NCBI RefSeq assembly: GCF_009914755.1
Contig: NC_060930.1
Strand: one strand, 5' to 3'
Source: the human T2T-CHM13v2.0 reference genome, Homo sapiens
Length of the DNA: 64,000 nt
The notes under the pieces are model-generated. The model made no database searches, was not told where the DNA came from, and saw only the letters and a list, made by a program, of their open reading frames with translations. This document shows, piece after piece, positions 41,851 through 55,163 of the stretch. The stretch's first letter is position 1, and each line of letters opens with the position of its first letter. A program made the translations under genes and the position numbers.

Positions 41851-42351
41851 CACTTTTTCCTTCAACTGGTACCGGATGTGAGGATTCCAATTGCTTGGAA
41901 TCAGTTGTCCCGGAGAGCCTCTGGGTAAAGAAAGCCAGTAGCTCTTGGCAGTGGTTACAGAACAAGACACAAGATACACTGAGCTAGAAAATGCATTGCT
42001 GTGCGGAAGTTCATTGGGATCACACAAAATAGGCTCACTGCAGTCATTTACTGTGTTTTAAATAGGTTCACTCAGGATAAATGGGAACCAAAACATCTTC
42101 AGTTATGGTGCTGTGAGATACATGAATAAAAGCTGTCTATCTTGGTTTTGCTCCAGTAGTTTTGCAAGAAGTCAAAAGTAGTGAAGATCTAGATACTCTG
42201 GAGGGTGTCTGGGGAGTGGGGGGGGTGAGCAGTTAAGCTTGCTATGAGTTATACTTCAGTGAAAAGCTTCCTTGGAACAAATGCATCTGTAATTCTCATT
42301 AATGCTTCTCAGAGCCTTACGGTAGCGAAACAAAAATTTCCAGTGTGACAG

Positions 42352-44036
42352 TGTGTCCAGAATTGGTGGGTTCTTGGTCTCACTGACTTCTAGAATGAAG
42401 CCGCAGACCCTCGCGGTGAGTGTTACAGTTCTTCAGGTGGCGCGTGTAGGAGTTTGTTGTTTCTGATGTTCGGATGTGTTTGGAATTCCTTCTGGTGGGT
42501 TTGTGGTCTCACTGGCTCAGGAGCGAAGCTGCAGACCTTCGCGCTGAGTGCTACAGCCTTTAAATCAGTGCGTCTGGAATTGTTCATTCCTCCAGGTGGG
42601 CTTGCAGTCTTGCTGGCTTCAGGAGTGAAGCTGTAGACCTTCCAGGTGAGTGTTACAGCTTATAAAAGCAGCGTGAACCTAAAGAGTGAGCAGTAACAAG
42701 ATTTATTGCAGAGTGAAAGAACAAAGCTTCCACAGTGCAGAAGGGGACCAGAGCGGGTTGCCACTGCTGGCTCGGGCAACTTGCTTTTATTCTCTTATCT
42801 GGCCCCATCCACATACTGCTGATTGGTAGAGCCAAGTGGTCTGTTTTGACAGGGCACTGATTGGTGCGTTTACAATCCCTGAGCTAGACACAAAGGTTCT
42901 CCACTCCCCACTAGATTAACTAGATACAGAGTGTCCACACAAAGGTTCTCCAAGGCCCCAGCAGAGTAGCTAGATACAGTGTCAATTGGTGCATTCACAA
43001 ACCCTGAGCTAGACACAGGGTGGTGATTGGTGTGTTTACAAACTTTGAGCTACAGAGTGCCGATTGGTGTGTTTACAATCCCTGAGCTAGACATAAAGGT
43101 TCTCCAAGGCCCCACTAAAGCAGCTAGATACAGAGTGTCGATTGGTGCATTCACAAACCCTGAGCTAGACACAGGGTGCTGATTGGTGTGTTTACAAACC
43201 TTGAGCTAGATACAGAGTGCTGATTGGTGTATTTACAATCCCTGAGCTAGACATAAAGGTTCTCCAAGGTCCCACCAGAGTAGCTAGATAGAGAGTGTCC
43301 ATTGGTGCATTCACAAACCCTGAGCTAGATACAGGGTGCTGATTGGTGTATTTACAATCCCTGAGCTATACATAAAGGTTCTCCACGACCCCACCAGACT
43401 CAGGAACCTAGCTGGCTTCACTCAGTGAATCTTGCACCGGGGCTGCAGGTGGAGCTGCCTGCTAGTCCCGCGCCTCTCAGCCCTTGGGTGGTTGATGGGA
43501 CTGGGCGCTGTGGAACAGGGGGCGGCGCTCGTCGGGGAGGCTTGGGCCGCACAGGAGCCCACGGAGAGGGTGGGAGGCTCAGGCATGGCGGGCTGCAAGT
43601 CCCGAGCCCTGCCCTGCCGGAAGGCAGCTAAGGCCCGGTGAGAAATCAAGAGCAGCGCCGGTGGGCTGCCACTGCTGGGGGACCCAGTACATCCTCTGCA
43701 GCCGCTGGCCTGGGTGCTAAGCTCCTCATTGCCTGGGGCTGGCAGGGCTGGCCGGCTGCTCCCAGTGCGGGGCCCGCCAAGCCCACGCCCACGCGGAACT
43801 CCAGCTGGCCCGCAAGCGCCGCGCGCAGCCCCGGTTCCCGCTCGCTCCTCTCCCTCCACACCTCCCTGCAAGCTGAAGGAGCCGGCTCCGGCCTTTGCCA
43901 GCCCAGAAAGGGGCTCCCAGGGTGCAGTGGTAGGCTGAAGGGCTTACTCAAGTGCCGCCAAAGTGGGAGCCCAGGCAGAGGAGGTGCCGAGAGCGAGTGA
44001 GGGCTGTGAGGACTGCCAGTACGCTGTCACCTCTCA
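42352..44036 (-). mobile_element. LTR12C-like (ERV9) solo LTR, copy 3
   Basis: Both termini intact, perfect 4-bp TSD ACAG (42348-42351, 44037-44040), and CCAAT-box tandem repeats at 42820-43390. Confidence 0.95.
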
Positions 44037-44467
44037 ACAGCATATTCAAGGTGTGGTCTTGGGGTTTCAGGCAGCTCCAGCAGCATTGGCTTTGGCTTTC
44101 TTTTTTTTTTTTTCTTTGCTTCTGCTGAGGGTGATTCCAGGGACTTTTTAACCTCCTGTCTATACTTCTGGTTCAATCTCTTTGCACACAAGGAAGCAAT
44201 TTCTACTGTACGGGAAAGGTTCATTTCCCCATGACCCCCACATTTTGTTTTTCAAGTGCTCAACAATTGGGAACAAGTTTATTGTCATCCAGGTGAGGCA
44301 GTTAAGCGGGAGTGTCACACCAGTATTTGTGAAGGAGAGGGCTTAAATATGGGTAACAGGGGAATGTGATGTGTTTATTCCGGCAACAACCTCAGACATT
44401 AAACTTCCTCTTCTGATCCTACACCACTCCTTCCCCATCACCAGTGGTTAGGCAACAGGGTGACTCT

Positions 44468-44852
44468 CATGGGCTGAACTGTGTTCCCCTTACCACCCAC
44501 CCAGGTTTATATGTTGAAGCCCCAACCCCTGTATCTCAGAATGTCACCATATTTGGAGATAAGGTCTTTACAGAGGTGACTGAGGTAAAATGAGGCCACT
44601 AGGGTGGGCCTTAATCCAATATGTGATGTCTAATGGAGAAACCAGGGGTCCTGGGGCACAGAGAAGAGACCATGAGGACATAGCAAGAAAGTGGCCATCT
44701 ACAAGCCACGGAAGGGAGGTCTTGGGAGAAACCAACCCTGCCAACACTTTGATCTTGGATTTTCAGTCTCTAGAACTGTGAGAGAATCAATTTTTGTTGT
44801 TTAAGCCCCTCAGTGTGTTGACTGTTCCGGTGGCCCTAGCAAACTAATACAG
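44468..44852 (+). mobile_element. MLT1A/B MaLR LTR
   Basis: ATGGGCTGAACTGTGTTCCCC..TATTTGGAGATAAGGTCTTTA..GCCCTAGCAAACTAATACA. Confidence 0.85.
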
Positions 44853-44949
44853 TGGCCTTGTGCAGGTGAGACAGTTGAGAAAAAGAGGAAAACTGGTTTT
44901 CCCTCTTTTCCGGTGTGTGTGTGTGTGTGTGTGTGCGTGTGAGAGAGAG

Positions 44950-45680
44950 ATTAGAGGGCGGGGAGGGGAGAAGAGAGGAAGCAAGCTAACCGGAGAGAGA
45001 GCAGGTGAGTTTTCTTTTGCAGAACAGAGTTAATGAAGTGGCAACTCTGCCTTCCCTGTGCCTTTCCTGTGAATCTGGGAATTTCCACCCGTCCCTCCCA
45101 CGAAGTCCCAGTAGGATCCCTCGGGCCCGGCAGAGCCTGGCCTGCGGTCCTGCTGGCTCTTCGCCAAGCTGCCCGGTACTCGCAGGGTGATGGGCAGGGA
45201 CTTGGCGGGAGGCAGAGGGACGTCGGAGGGCAGGGCGGGAGTGAGATCGCCTCTGGTTTCTGTGGAGAACTCCTGCACCTGGGTCAGGGTCTCAGCCACG
45301 GACAAGGGGCGTGGCTCTGCAGAGCGAAGCAGCAGCTCCACCCGTTCGCAGGGAGGGAGGGGGCGGAGGTGGCCTCACTGCCTGAGGGGGTCCTACCCCT
45401 CCCGAGGACGCGACGCAAAAGCCAGTAGACTCACGACGCCCCCCGCATGTCACACGACAAGGCCAGCAGGGCCGCCACCAGAGGGCACCAGCGGCTGGGA
45501 CCCGCAGGAAAGGGAGGAAGAACAGGTGGCGCCGGTGAGGCGAAGGCGAGGGCACGAGGGGGCGGCCTGCGGCCCGCGCTGCTCCGGGGAGGGGCTTCCA
45601 CCTGGACAGTGACGGAAGCCAGGGCGACTCAACAGGACACATTTGCACCATTTGCACGGCTGGGTGAAACGACAACCCCT
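44950..45680. promoter_or_regulatory. Non-repeat CpG island / promoter-like element
   Basis: High GC and dense CpG outside any recognised repeat. GGGCGG boxes at ~44956, 45233 and 45361. Adjacent (TG)n(GA)n tract. Confidence 0.7.
45474..45489 (+). promoter_or_regulatory. CTCF-like motif
   Basis: GCCACCAGAGGGCACC matches the CCAC/GCAGRGGGCRC core. Confidence 0.55.
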
Positions 45681-46217
45681 CAGCTGGGCTCAAATTACCT
45701 GAAGGGCCTGCATCTACAACAGATTAGCTTTCGGTTTTCCTCCCGGGCTGCTCCTAGGGCACCCAGGGGGAGAGTTCCACAAAGTAAGAGTCATTAAAAT
45801 TACCAATAAGAAGAGGAAAACTGCTACGTATTTGTTCTGATTGAGCTGAGAATCCTGAATCCCGAGAATCCTGAAATAGAATTGGTTCAGGGACCACCGT
45901 CTGACAACTATTGTGTAATCCTCCGTCACACAAACGGAAGTCTTCTTATAGGTGTGCCCTTCACTGTGTCTACAGGCTGGATTTTAGGACTAACACGAGC
46001 ACCGTGCTGTAGCTTAACACAGAAAATCCCAATGTTAGGACAGAACACTACTAGCCGTAGTACAGAGGGCCACTTCATAATAATAAAACATATTTAGCAG
46101 GAAGAGAGAATACTTGCGTGCACTTAATAACAGAGCTTTGTGGTATACCAAGGAAAATGGACAGAACTATTAGGAAAAATAGACAAATCCACTCTCGTAA
46201 ATATTTTAAACGCACTA

Positions 46218-47190
46218 TATTAGATCATTCTTGCATTGCTGTAAATAAACACCGGAGACTGGGTAATTTATATAGAAAAGAGGTTTAATTGGCTCACAGT
46301 TCTGCAGGCCGTACAGCAAGCTTGTCCAACCTGTGGCGTATAGGCCTCATGTGGCCCAGGACAGCTTTGAATGTGGCCCAACACAAATTCATAAACTTCC
46401 TTAAAACATTATGAGACTTTTTTGCAATTTTTTTTAAAGCTCATCAGCTATCGTCAGTGTTAGTGTATTGCATGCGTGGCCCAAGACAATTCTTCTTCCA
46501 ATGTGGCCTATGAAAGCCCAAAGATTGGACACCCCTGCTTTACAGGAAGCATAGTGGCATCTGCTCAGCTTCTGTGGAGCCTCAGGAAATTCACAGTCAT
46601 GGTAGAAGTTGAAGCCGGGCAGGCATCTCACATGGCAAATGCAGAGGCAAGAGAGGGAGAGCAGGAGGAAGGTGCCACACACTTTCAAAGGACCAGGTCC
46701 CGAGTGAACTCAGCATGAGAGCTCATTGATCACCAAGGGGATGGCCCAAGCCATTCATGAGGGATCCATCCCCATGATCCAAATACCTCCCACCAGGCCC
46801 CACTTCCAACACTGGGGATGAAAATCAACATAAGATTTGGGTGGGGGGGTGGGGGGCGGGCGCGGTGGCTGACGCCTATAATCCTAGCACTTTGGGGGTC
46901 TGATTCGGGTGGATCATCAGGTCAGGTGTTCGAGACCAGCCTGGCCAACATGGTGAAACCCCGTCTCTACTAAAAGTACAAATACTAGCTGGGAGTTGTG
47001 ACACACCTCTGTAGTCCCAGCTACTCAGGAGGCTGAGGCAGAAGAATCGCTTGAACCAAGGAGGCAGAGGTTGCAGTAAGCTGAGATTGGGCCACTGCAC
47101 TGCACTCCAGCCTGAGCGACAGGGTGAGACTCTGGCTCAAAAAAAAAAAAAAAAGATTTGGGCGGGGACAAGTCTCCAAACTATATCAGA
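46218..47190 (-). mobile_element. MST MaLR LTR interrupted by MER30 and an Alu (46855-47153, +)
   Basis: GAAAAGAGGTTTAATTGGCTCACAGTTCTGCAGG..CCCATGATCCAAATACCTCCCACCAGGCCCC..CCAAACTATATCA. Confidence 0.85.
46317..46537 (-). mobile_element. MER30 (hAT-Charlie MITE)
   Basis: Terminal CAAGCTTGTCCAA / TTGGACACCCCTG and degenerate 8-bp TSD CCGTACAG / CTTTACAG. Confidence 0.9.
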
Positions 47191-48090
47191 CTTTTCTCAA
47201 TTATTGAAGATCGAAAGATTGTAAATCAATAAGGACATGGGTGATTTCAATACTACTACTAGAACTAATAATACTATAATATATTATAAAACCTTGCATC
47301 CAAAAGTTGGAAGATATATGTATTTTTTACCAGTACACCTGGAACATACACAAAAATTGACCATGAATGACCCATAAAACTCATCTCAACAAATTTCAGA
47401 GATCACCTATTTTGACTAGAGTGCAATTAAGGTAAAGATCAACAGGAAAAGATAACAATTCTGTGTGTTCGGAAATTAAATAAAATTCTAAATACCCAGT
47501 GAATTAAAAGGAGAAAGCATAATGAAAATTCAAAAATATTAAAAATAGAATGGTAATACTACATATCAACATTTAAGTATATAACCAAAGAGGTATTTCA
47601 TGAGAAATTTTTAGCCTTATAAGGAGAAGCTGAACATTTAGAAAGGAAATAATAGAGAAGTAATGAAACAGAAAATGAAGAAACAATAGTGAGTATCAAC
47701 AAAGTTAAAAGGTGGCTCATTGAAAAGACAAATTTCTGGCAATGTTAAAGAAAACCTGCAATTAGACATATGGTAATACAATTGCAAACCATCGAAGACA
47801 AAAAATGTTAAAAATGTAGTACACAAATAAGAACAAATTATACTGTCAGTAAAGGTATCAAGAGCAAAAATAGAAACCAGAAAAGAAGGAAACAATATTT
47901 TTAAAGTGCTGAAGGAAAATAACATCAATGTAGAATTGTATATCCAGCAAAACTTTTTCAATAACAAACCCGAAATATAGATTATTCTGATAAATAAAAG
48001 CTGAGTTTATCATCAACAGATTGTCACTAAGGAATTTCTAAAAGATATACCTCAAGAAGATGGACAACAACTTCAGAAGAAAGAGCCAAG
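47190..48090 (+). mobile_element. Old L1M fragments
   Basis: A-rich sequence with L1-like motifs (CAAAAATTGACCAT, CTCAACAAATTTC, AGAATTGTATATCCAGCAAAAC). Confidence 0.65.
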
Positions 48091-48096
48091 ATATAT

Positions 48097-48352
48097 ACTT
48101 CGGGAGGCCAAGGGAGGCGGATTGCCTGAGTTCAAGAGTTCAAGACCAGCCTGGCTAACATAGTGAAACCCTGTCTCTACTAAAAATACAAAAATTAGCC
48201 AGGTGTGGTAGTGGACACCTGTTATCCCAGCTACTTAGGAGGCTGAGGCAGGAGAAATGATTGAACCCGGGAAGCTGAAGTTACAGATCGCACCACTGCA
48301 CTCCAGCCTGGGCGACAGAGCGAGGCTTCATATAAAAAAAAAGAAAAAAAAA
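48097..48352 (+). mobile_element. AluS (5'-truncated)
   Basis: Alu body with TSD AGCCAAGATAT. Confidence 0.9.
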
Positions 48353-48357
48353 GCCAA

Positions 48358-49128
48358 GATATCTAAACATAGAAAAGGTACAGTAAAAATATAGTATAAA
48401 AGATAAAAAATGGTACACCTCTAATAGGGCATGTGTTAGTTTGTTTGCATTGCTTTAAAGGAATACCTGAGCTGGGCAATTTATAAAGAAAAGAGGTTTA
48501 ATTGGCTCACAGTTCTTCGGGCTATCCAGGAAGCATGGCACTGGCATTTGCTTAGTTTCTGGTGAGAGCTTCAGAAATCATGGTGGAAGGCCAATGGGGA
48601 GCTGGCATATTGCATGGTGAGAGAGAGAGAGAGAGAAAGCAGGGAGGTACCACACTCTTTTAAATCACCAGATCTTGTGTGAACTCAGAGTGAGAACTCA
48701 CTCATTATCATGAGAATAGCACCAACCCATTCATGAAGGATCTGACCCCATGACCCAAACATCTCCCACCAGTCCCCACCTTGAACACTGGGGATTACAT
48801 TTCACCATGAGATTGGGAGGGGACAAACATCCACACTATATCAGGCACTTGTCATGAATGGAGCTTGCAGGAGTGGAAGTTGTTCTGTATGAGTCAGTGA
48901 GTGGGTGGTGAGTGAATGTGAAGGCCTAGGACATCACTGTACACTACTATAGACTTTATAAATGTTGCATACTTAGGCTACATTAAGTTTATATGAAAAA
49001 TTGTGCTCTGACATTGGCTACGAAGTTACTAGGCAATGGGAATTTTTCACCTCTATTATAATCTTATGGGATCACTGTCTTATATGCAGTCTTTCATTGA
49101 CTGAAATATTATAAAGCATGTGGCTGCA
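48358..49128. mobile_element. Tigger3-like DNA transposon fragment split by an MST LTR (48432-48843, -)
   Basis: CTAAACATAGAAAAGGTACAGTAAAAATA, GTGAGTGAATGTGAAGGCCTAGGACAT and ATAATCTTATGGGA. Confidence 0.75.
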
Positions 49129-50005
49129 GAATGTTTGTTTTCAAATCAGTCCAAGGGAAAAAATAAATTGGCAAAAAACCTTAATTAATCCCCAGGAGGA
49201 AAAAAAAAGGAAGAAAATATACACATAAGCATACACAGATGTGTGTGTATATAAATATTTAATAAGTGTATTAATTTAAATCTTATTTGGTACTTTTTGT
49301 TTACCCTACTCATATAAGATGTTGGAAGTAATTTAAATATATCAGAAATCACTGTAAAGGTAAATGAACCTCTTCAGTTAAACAGTGTTCAAACTGGATT
49401 AAAAAAATACAATGATATGCTATTTTTAGAGACACGTAAAATTTAAGGACAGAGAAAGATTGAAAGAGAAAATCTCTACAAAAAAAGAAAAAAATAATTA
49501 TTTCAGGCAACTTCCTTCACTATTAGAGCCAGAATTCTGGAGTCAGGCTGAAGGTTTCATGCTTCTTGCCCAGATGCTTGTTCTCCCATGTGCCATGGGT
49601 GTGCCATTGCTCCCAACAACACATTAAGCCAGTTTTCTAGTTTCCTAGGAAACTTGAGTGCAGGGTCTTCTCATGCTGGGGCCCCATCATGACTGCTGTG
49701 GATCTCCTTGGTGGTTCATCAAGAGGCATGGAAGGATGTTCTTTTTCTCAAGTATTAAGAAGTGAAGGATGACAATATATTTTAAGTGCTGAAGGGAAAG
49801 AATTGTCAACTTAGCATTGTATACCCAAGAGACCTGTTTTTTCAAGATAGGTGACTTCATCCCTGTAACCTTATTTAAAACTATGTCTTGGGCAACCCCC
49901 TTTGGGACCCCTCCCATTGTATGGGAGCTCTGTTTTCACTCTGTTAAATCTTGCAACTGCATACTCTTCTGGTCTGTATTTGTTACAGCTTGAGCTGAGC
50001 TTTCA

Positions 50006-50110
<105 letters not shown>

Positions 50111-52112
50111 TCATTGCCACTCCTGATCGGGCTAAAGGCTCTCTATCGTTCCTGCACAGCTAAGTGCCCGGGTTTGTCCTAATTGAGCTGAACACTAGTC
50201 TCTCGGTTCCATGGTTCTCTTCCGTGACCCATGGCTTCTAATAGAGCTATAACACTCACTGCATGGCCCAAGGTTCCATTCCTTGGAATCCATGAGTCCA
50301 AGAACCCCAGGTCAGAGAACAAAAGGCTTGCTGCCATCTTGGGAGTGGCCCGCCACATCTTGGGAGAGCTAAGAACAAAGACCCGCCCGTAACATTTGGT
50401 GGTAACCGTATGGGAATTCTCCAAAGCAGTGAGTAATATCGGACCACTTTGCTTGCTATTCTGTCCTATCCTTCCTTAGAATTGGTGGAAAATACCGGGC
50501 ACCCGTCAGCCAGTTAAAAACGATTAGCGTGGCTATGGGACTAAAGACTCAGTTGTGAGGCTTCCTGGGAAAGGGCTTTCTAACAACCCCCAACCCTTCT
50601 GGGTTGGGAGCTTTGGGAGCGTTGGTCTGCCTGGAAGCAGCTTCCACTTTCACAGTTTTCCTGGGGAAGCCGAGGGTTGACTACAGGTAGAAAGCTGTCA
50701 TCCCGAACTCCCAGCATTAGTTGGTTGAGATCATGGCCCAGCCAGAAGTCTCTACTCAATAGTCGCCCATGCGTGTGCCCCTACCTTTCCTTTTGACCCA
50801 TACCTCCTGGGTCGCGACCATGACTTTCTTGAAAGTGCAGCCCAAAATTCTCCTTACCTCTGAATCTAATTCCTCTGATCCCTGCCTCCTAGGTACTAAT
50901 GGTTCAGACTTTCATTTCCTCTATCAAGTTGTTATCTCGAAAGGGATCTAAGGAAGCTCTACACTGTATCCTTAGGCATCTAGGCTATGAACCCAGGGAG
51001 TTTTGTCCCTGCTGTCCATCCCAATTTAGGCATATAGCTCTCGACATGGGCAGTTATGTGGGATCCGTTCCCCACCACCCTTGTCAGGGCCTTAGAACTG
51101 ATGACCCAGTACTTTTAACAACTGGGACTGGGTTTACGACAACATAATAGATCAGGATGAAAGCTAATTGAGTAAGTCAAGGCAGAGAAAGAGAGAGGGG
51201 AAAGAGAGGCAGAGACAGAGGGAGGGGAAAGAGAGGCAGAGCCGGGGGAAGAGAGGCAGAGAGAGAGAGGAAAAAGAGAGATAGAAGTAGTAGAGAAAAA
51301 AAAGTGTGTCCTATTCCTTTAAAAGCCAGGATAAATTTAAAACCTATAATTAATAATTGAAGGTCTTCTCCATGACCCTATAACACTCCAATACTACCTT
51401 GTTGTCAGTGTAAACAAGGGCGTAGCCTGAAAACACTGAGACCACTGACAACCCTTAGCCTTCCTATCAAAAATCCTTAACCCAGTAACCCGTGGATGGC
51501 CCAAATGCATTCACTCTGTAGCAGCAACTGCTTTGCTAACAGAAGAAAGTAGAAAAATAACCTTTAGAGGAAACCTCATTGTGAGCACACCTCACCAGTT
51601 CAGAACTATCCTAAGTCAAAAAAGCGAAAAGGTGGCTTACTAACTCAAACATCTTAAAGTATGGAGATATTCTGTTAGAAAAAGGTGATTTAACACTAAC
51701 CACTGAAAATTCCCTTAACCCAGAAGATTTCCTAACAGGAGATTTAAATCTTAATTACCATACAAAGGTCCGAACGACCAGACCTAGGAGGAACTCCCTT
51801 CAGGACAGGATGATGGATGGCTCCTCCCAGGTCACTGAGGAAAAAACACAATGGGTATTAAGTAATTGATAGGGAAACTCTTCTAAAAGCAGAGTTAGGA
51901 AAATTGCCTAATAATTGGTCAGCTCAAACGTGCGTGGGAGCTGTTTGCACTCAGCCAAGCCTTAAAGTACTTACAGAATCAAAAAGCCTCTATCTCAATC
52001 CTGACTTAAAAGGTTACCTACACCCTCTCTGAAACGAATTTGCATAAGAACTGTTGTTTATGGGAATGCATCTTGATGGGGCAGCTGGTTGTTATGAAAT
52101 ACTCAGGAACCA

Positions 52113-52439
<327 letters not shown>

Positions 52440-52670
52440 TCACCCCTGACCACAAAGGCAATGTTGGGCATGCTGGTAAAGGACCACTAGAATCCAGCAG
52501 CCCGGACCCCTTTCTTACATCAGTGAGTGTAACTAATCCGATAAGCAGAGGTCCATGGGTGGTTATGCACCATGGAAAGGAATAAGCATTAGGACCATAG
52601 AGGACGCTCTAGGACTAATGCTCATCAGAAAATGACTAGGGGTGTTGGCATCCCTGTGTTCTTTTTTCAG

Positions 52671-53717
52671 ATGGGAAACATTCCCCCCAAGGCAAAAATG
52701 CTCCTAAGATGTATTCTGGGGAATTCAGCCCCATCAGAGTGTATGTACCTTTTTCCCTGTCAGACTTGAAGCGAATTAAAATAGACTTAGGTAAATTCTC
52801 AGATAGCCCTGATGGCTATATTGATGTTTTACAAGGGTTAGGACAATCCTTTGATCTGACATGAAGAGATATAATGTTACTGCTAGATCAGACACTAACC
52901 CCAAATGAGAGAAGTGCTGCCGTAACTGCAGCCCGAGACTTTGGCGATCTCTGGTGTCTCAGTCAGGTCAATGATAGGATGAAAACAAAGGAAAGAGAAC
53001 AATTCCCCACAGGCCAGCAGGCAGTTCCCAGTGTAAACCCTCACTGGGACGCAGAATCAGAACATGGAGATTGGTGCCGCAGACATTTGCTAACGTGCGT
53101 GCTAAAAGGACTAAGGAAAACTAGGAAGAAGCCTATGAATTACTCAATGATGTCCACTATAACACAGGCAAAGGGAGAAACTCCTACTGCCTTTCTGGAG
53201 AGACTAAGGGAGGAATTGAGAAAGCATACCTCTCTGTCACCTGACTCTATTGAATGCCAACTAATCTTGAAGGATAAGTTTATCACTCAGTCAGCCGCAG
53301 ACATTAGAAAAAAACTTCAAAAGTCTGCCTTAGGCCTGGAGCAAAACTTAGAAACCCTATTGAACTTGGTAACCTCAGTTTTTTGTAATAGAGATCAGTA
53401 GGAGCAGGCGGAACAGGACAAACGGATTTAAAAAAAGAAAAAAAGAAAAAGAAGGCCACGCTTTAGTCATGGCCCTCAGGCAAGCGGACTTTGGAGGCTC
53501 TGGAAAAGGGAAACGCTGGGTGAATCGAATGCCTAATAGGGCTTGCTTCCAGTGTGGTCTACAAGGACCCTTTAAAAAAGATTGTCCCAATAGAAATAAG
53601 TTGCCCCCTCGTCCATGCCCCTTATGTCAAGGAAATCACTGGAAGGCCCACTGCCCCAGGGGATGAAATTCCTCTGAGTCAGAAGCCACTAACCAGATGA
53701 TCCAGCAGCAGGACTGA
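52671..53717 (+). pseudogene. gag: Disrupted gammaretrovirus-like gag (MA mostly deleted; CA and NC remnants)
   Basis: MGNIPPKAK start and DLGKFSD/FDLT motifs. ORF 52874-53401 contains MHR-like TQAKGETPTAFLERLRE. Knuckles CFQCGLQGPFKKDC (H>P) and CPLCQGNHWKAHC. In-frame stops present. Confidence 0.9.
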
Positions 53718-53885
53718 GGGTGCCCAGGGCAAGCACCAGCCCATGCCATCACCCTCACAGAGCCCTGGGTATACTTGATCATTGAGGGCCAGGAGGTTAA
53801 CTGCCTCCTGGACACTGGCGCGGTCTTCTCAGTCTTACTTTCCTGTCCTGGACAACTGTCCTCCAGATCTGTCACTATCTGAGGG
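53718..53885 (+). pseudogene. pro: 5' part of retroviral protease
   Basis: ITLTEPWV..IEGQEVNCLLDTGAVFSVL contains the aspartyl-protease DTG motif. Truncated at 53885. Confidence 0.85.
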
Positions 53886-55040
53886 ATATAAATCCAGGCA
53901 TTCAAGCAGGGAGCAGCAACCCCCTTTGGGTCCCCTCCCATTGTATGGGAGCTCTGTTTTCACTCTATTAAATCTTGCAACTGCAAAAAAAACACACACA
54001 CACACAAACAAAAAAACCAAAAACAAAAACATAACAACTATGTCTTTTTCTCCTTCCTTCAGCCTAACCACTCTGAATAGTTTTTTTATCATAGAACTTA
54101 CCCCCACCTGACATATTGTATGTTTTTCTTATCCATTTAATTATTATCTCTTTTTCTCTTCCTCTCTCCCCCAGGAGAATACAAGCTTCAGGAGGGCAGA
54201 GATTCCCAAGGAATAATACATAGAGTCCCTCAATAAAGAGTTAAGGTGTTACTCATATCATAAATACAGTCTTAACTTCACAGATGGATGTACAGTGATA
54301 AAAATAAATTGTTTTTAAAATTCTTCCTGTTATCCAAAGTTATCACAGGATTAGGTCCTTACCAAGGAGACTGTGTCTGACTTCTAGGCCAGCTCAGGCC
54401 CTGGCTATCTCTTCCTTCATGACTGCTTCAGAAGGAACCTTGTACAGATAACACAGCCATTTATTCTCTCTCTACTGAGTTTAAGTGGTGGTTTGGCTTG
54501 CTTTAGGAGTGACTTCTAAAGACAAAATTTTGAGATCCTAGCCAATTGGAGATGAATTAAAATTGAGATAATGCATTTCTCATTGAGTCACTATTTTTTT
54601 CCCTCAAAGTGTAGTTTATATAGTAACAGGTATTTCCTTGGCCTCTTGCTTGAATATTCAAAATAGTTACAGAAAAAGGTGACAAATAATGATTTTAAGG
54701 CTCCAAGCGGTCCAGCTAGTGGAATTGCCAGCAGTGCCTTACAATTCTGCCTTCTAGCCTAGTGTGTACATGAGTGTGTATGTGTGTGTGTGCGCATGTG
54801 GGGTGTGCATAAGTATGTGACTGTGTGTATGAGCGTGTGGGCATGGTGATACGCATTTGTGAATATGTGTATGACTATGTGGGGTGTGTCAGTGTGAAAC
54901 TGTTTGGGATCCCTCATGACCACCTCTCCTTCCTGGCAGGACCTGACTTAACACTCACATTACTGTGGAGATGACCCCTGCCTGCCTCCCTGTACCCCTG
55001 TAGCTTCTGCTGCCTAGTGCCACACAATCTTGCTTAGGAG

Positions 55041-55163
55041 ACTTTCTCCTTCCACTAACTCCCTGTGACTCCAGGCTGCCATTGCCTCTTCCTTTGAACT
55101 TTTCTCCTGCCACTAACTCCCTGTGACTCCAGGCTGCCATTGCCTCTTCCTTTGAACTTTCTC
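55041..55163 (+). repeat. 2 x ~58-bp tandem duplication
   Basis: CCACTAACTCCCTGTGACTCCAGGCTGCCATTGCCTCTTCCTTTGAACTTT occurs twice, near-identical. Confidence 0.95.

Noticed and set aside
45033-45797. ORFs of 103-141 aa over the CpG island
   Set aside because: Expected from high GC content. Non-ATG or weak starts and no recognisable protein features
52874-53401. 175-aa capsid ORF as a domesticated gag gene
   Set aside because: Bounded by premature stops, MA deleted, first zinc-knuckle His mutated, and no U3 promoter. No sign of selection is visible
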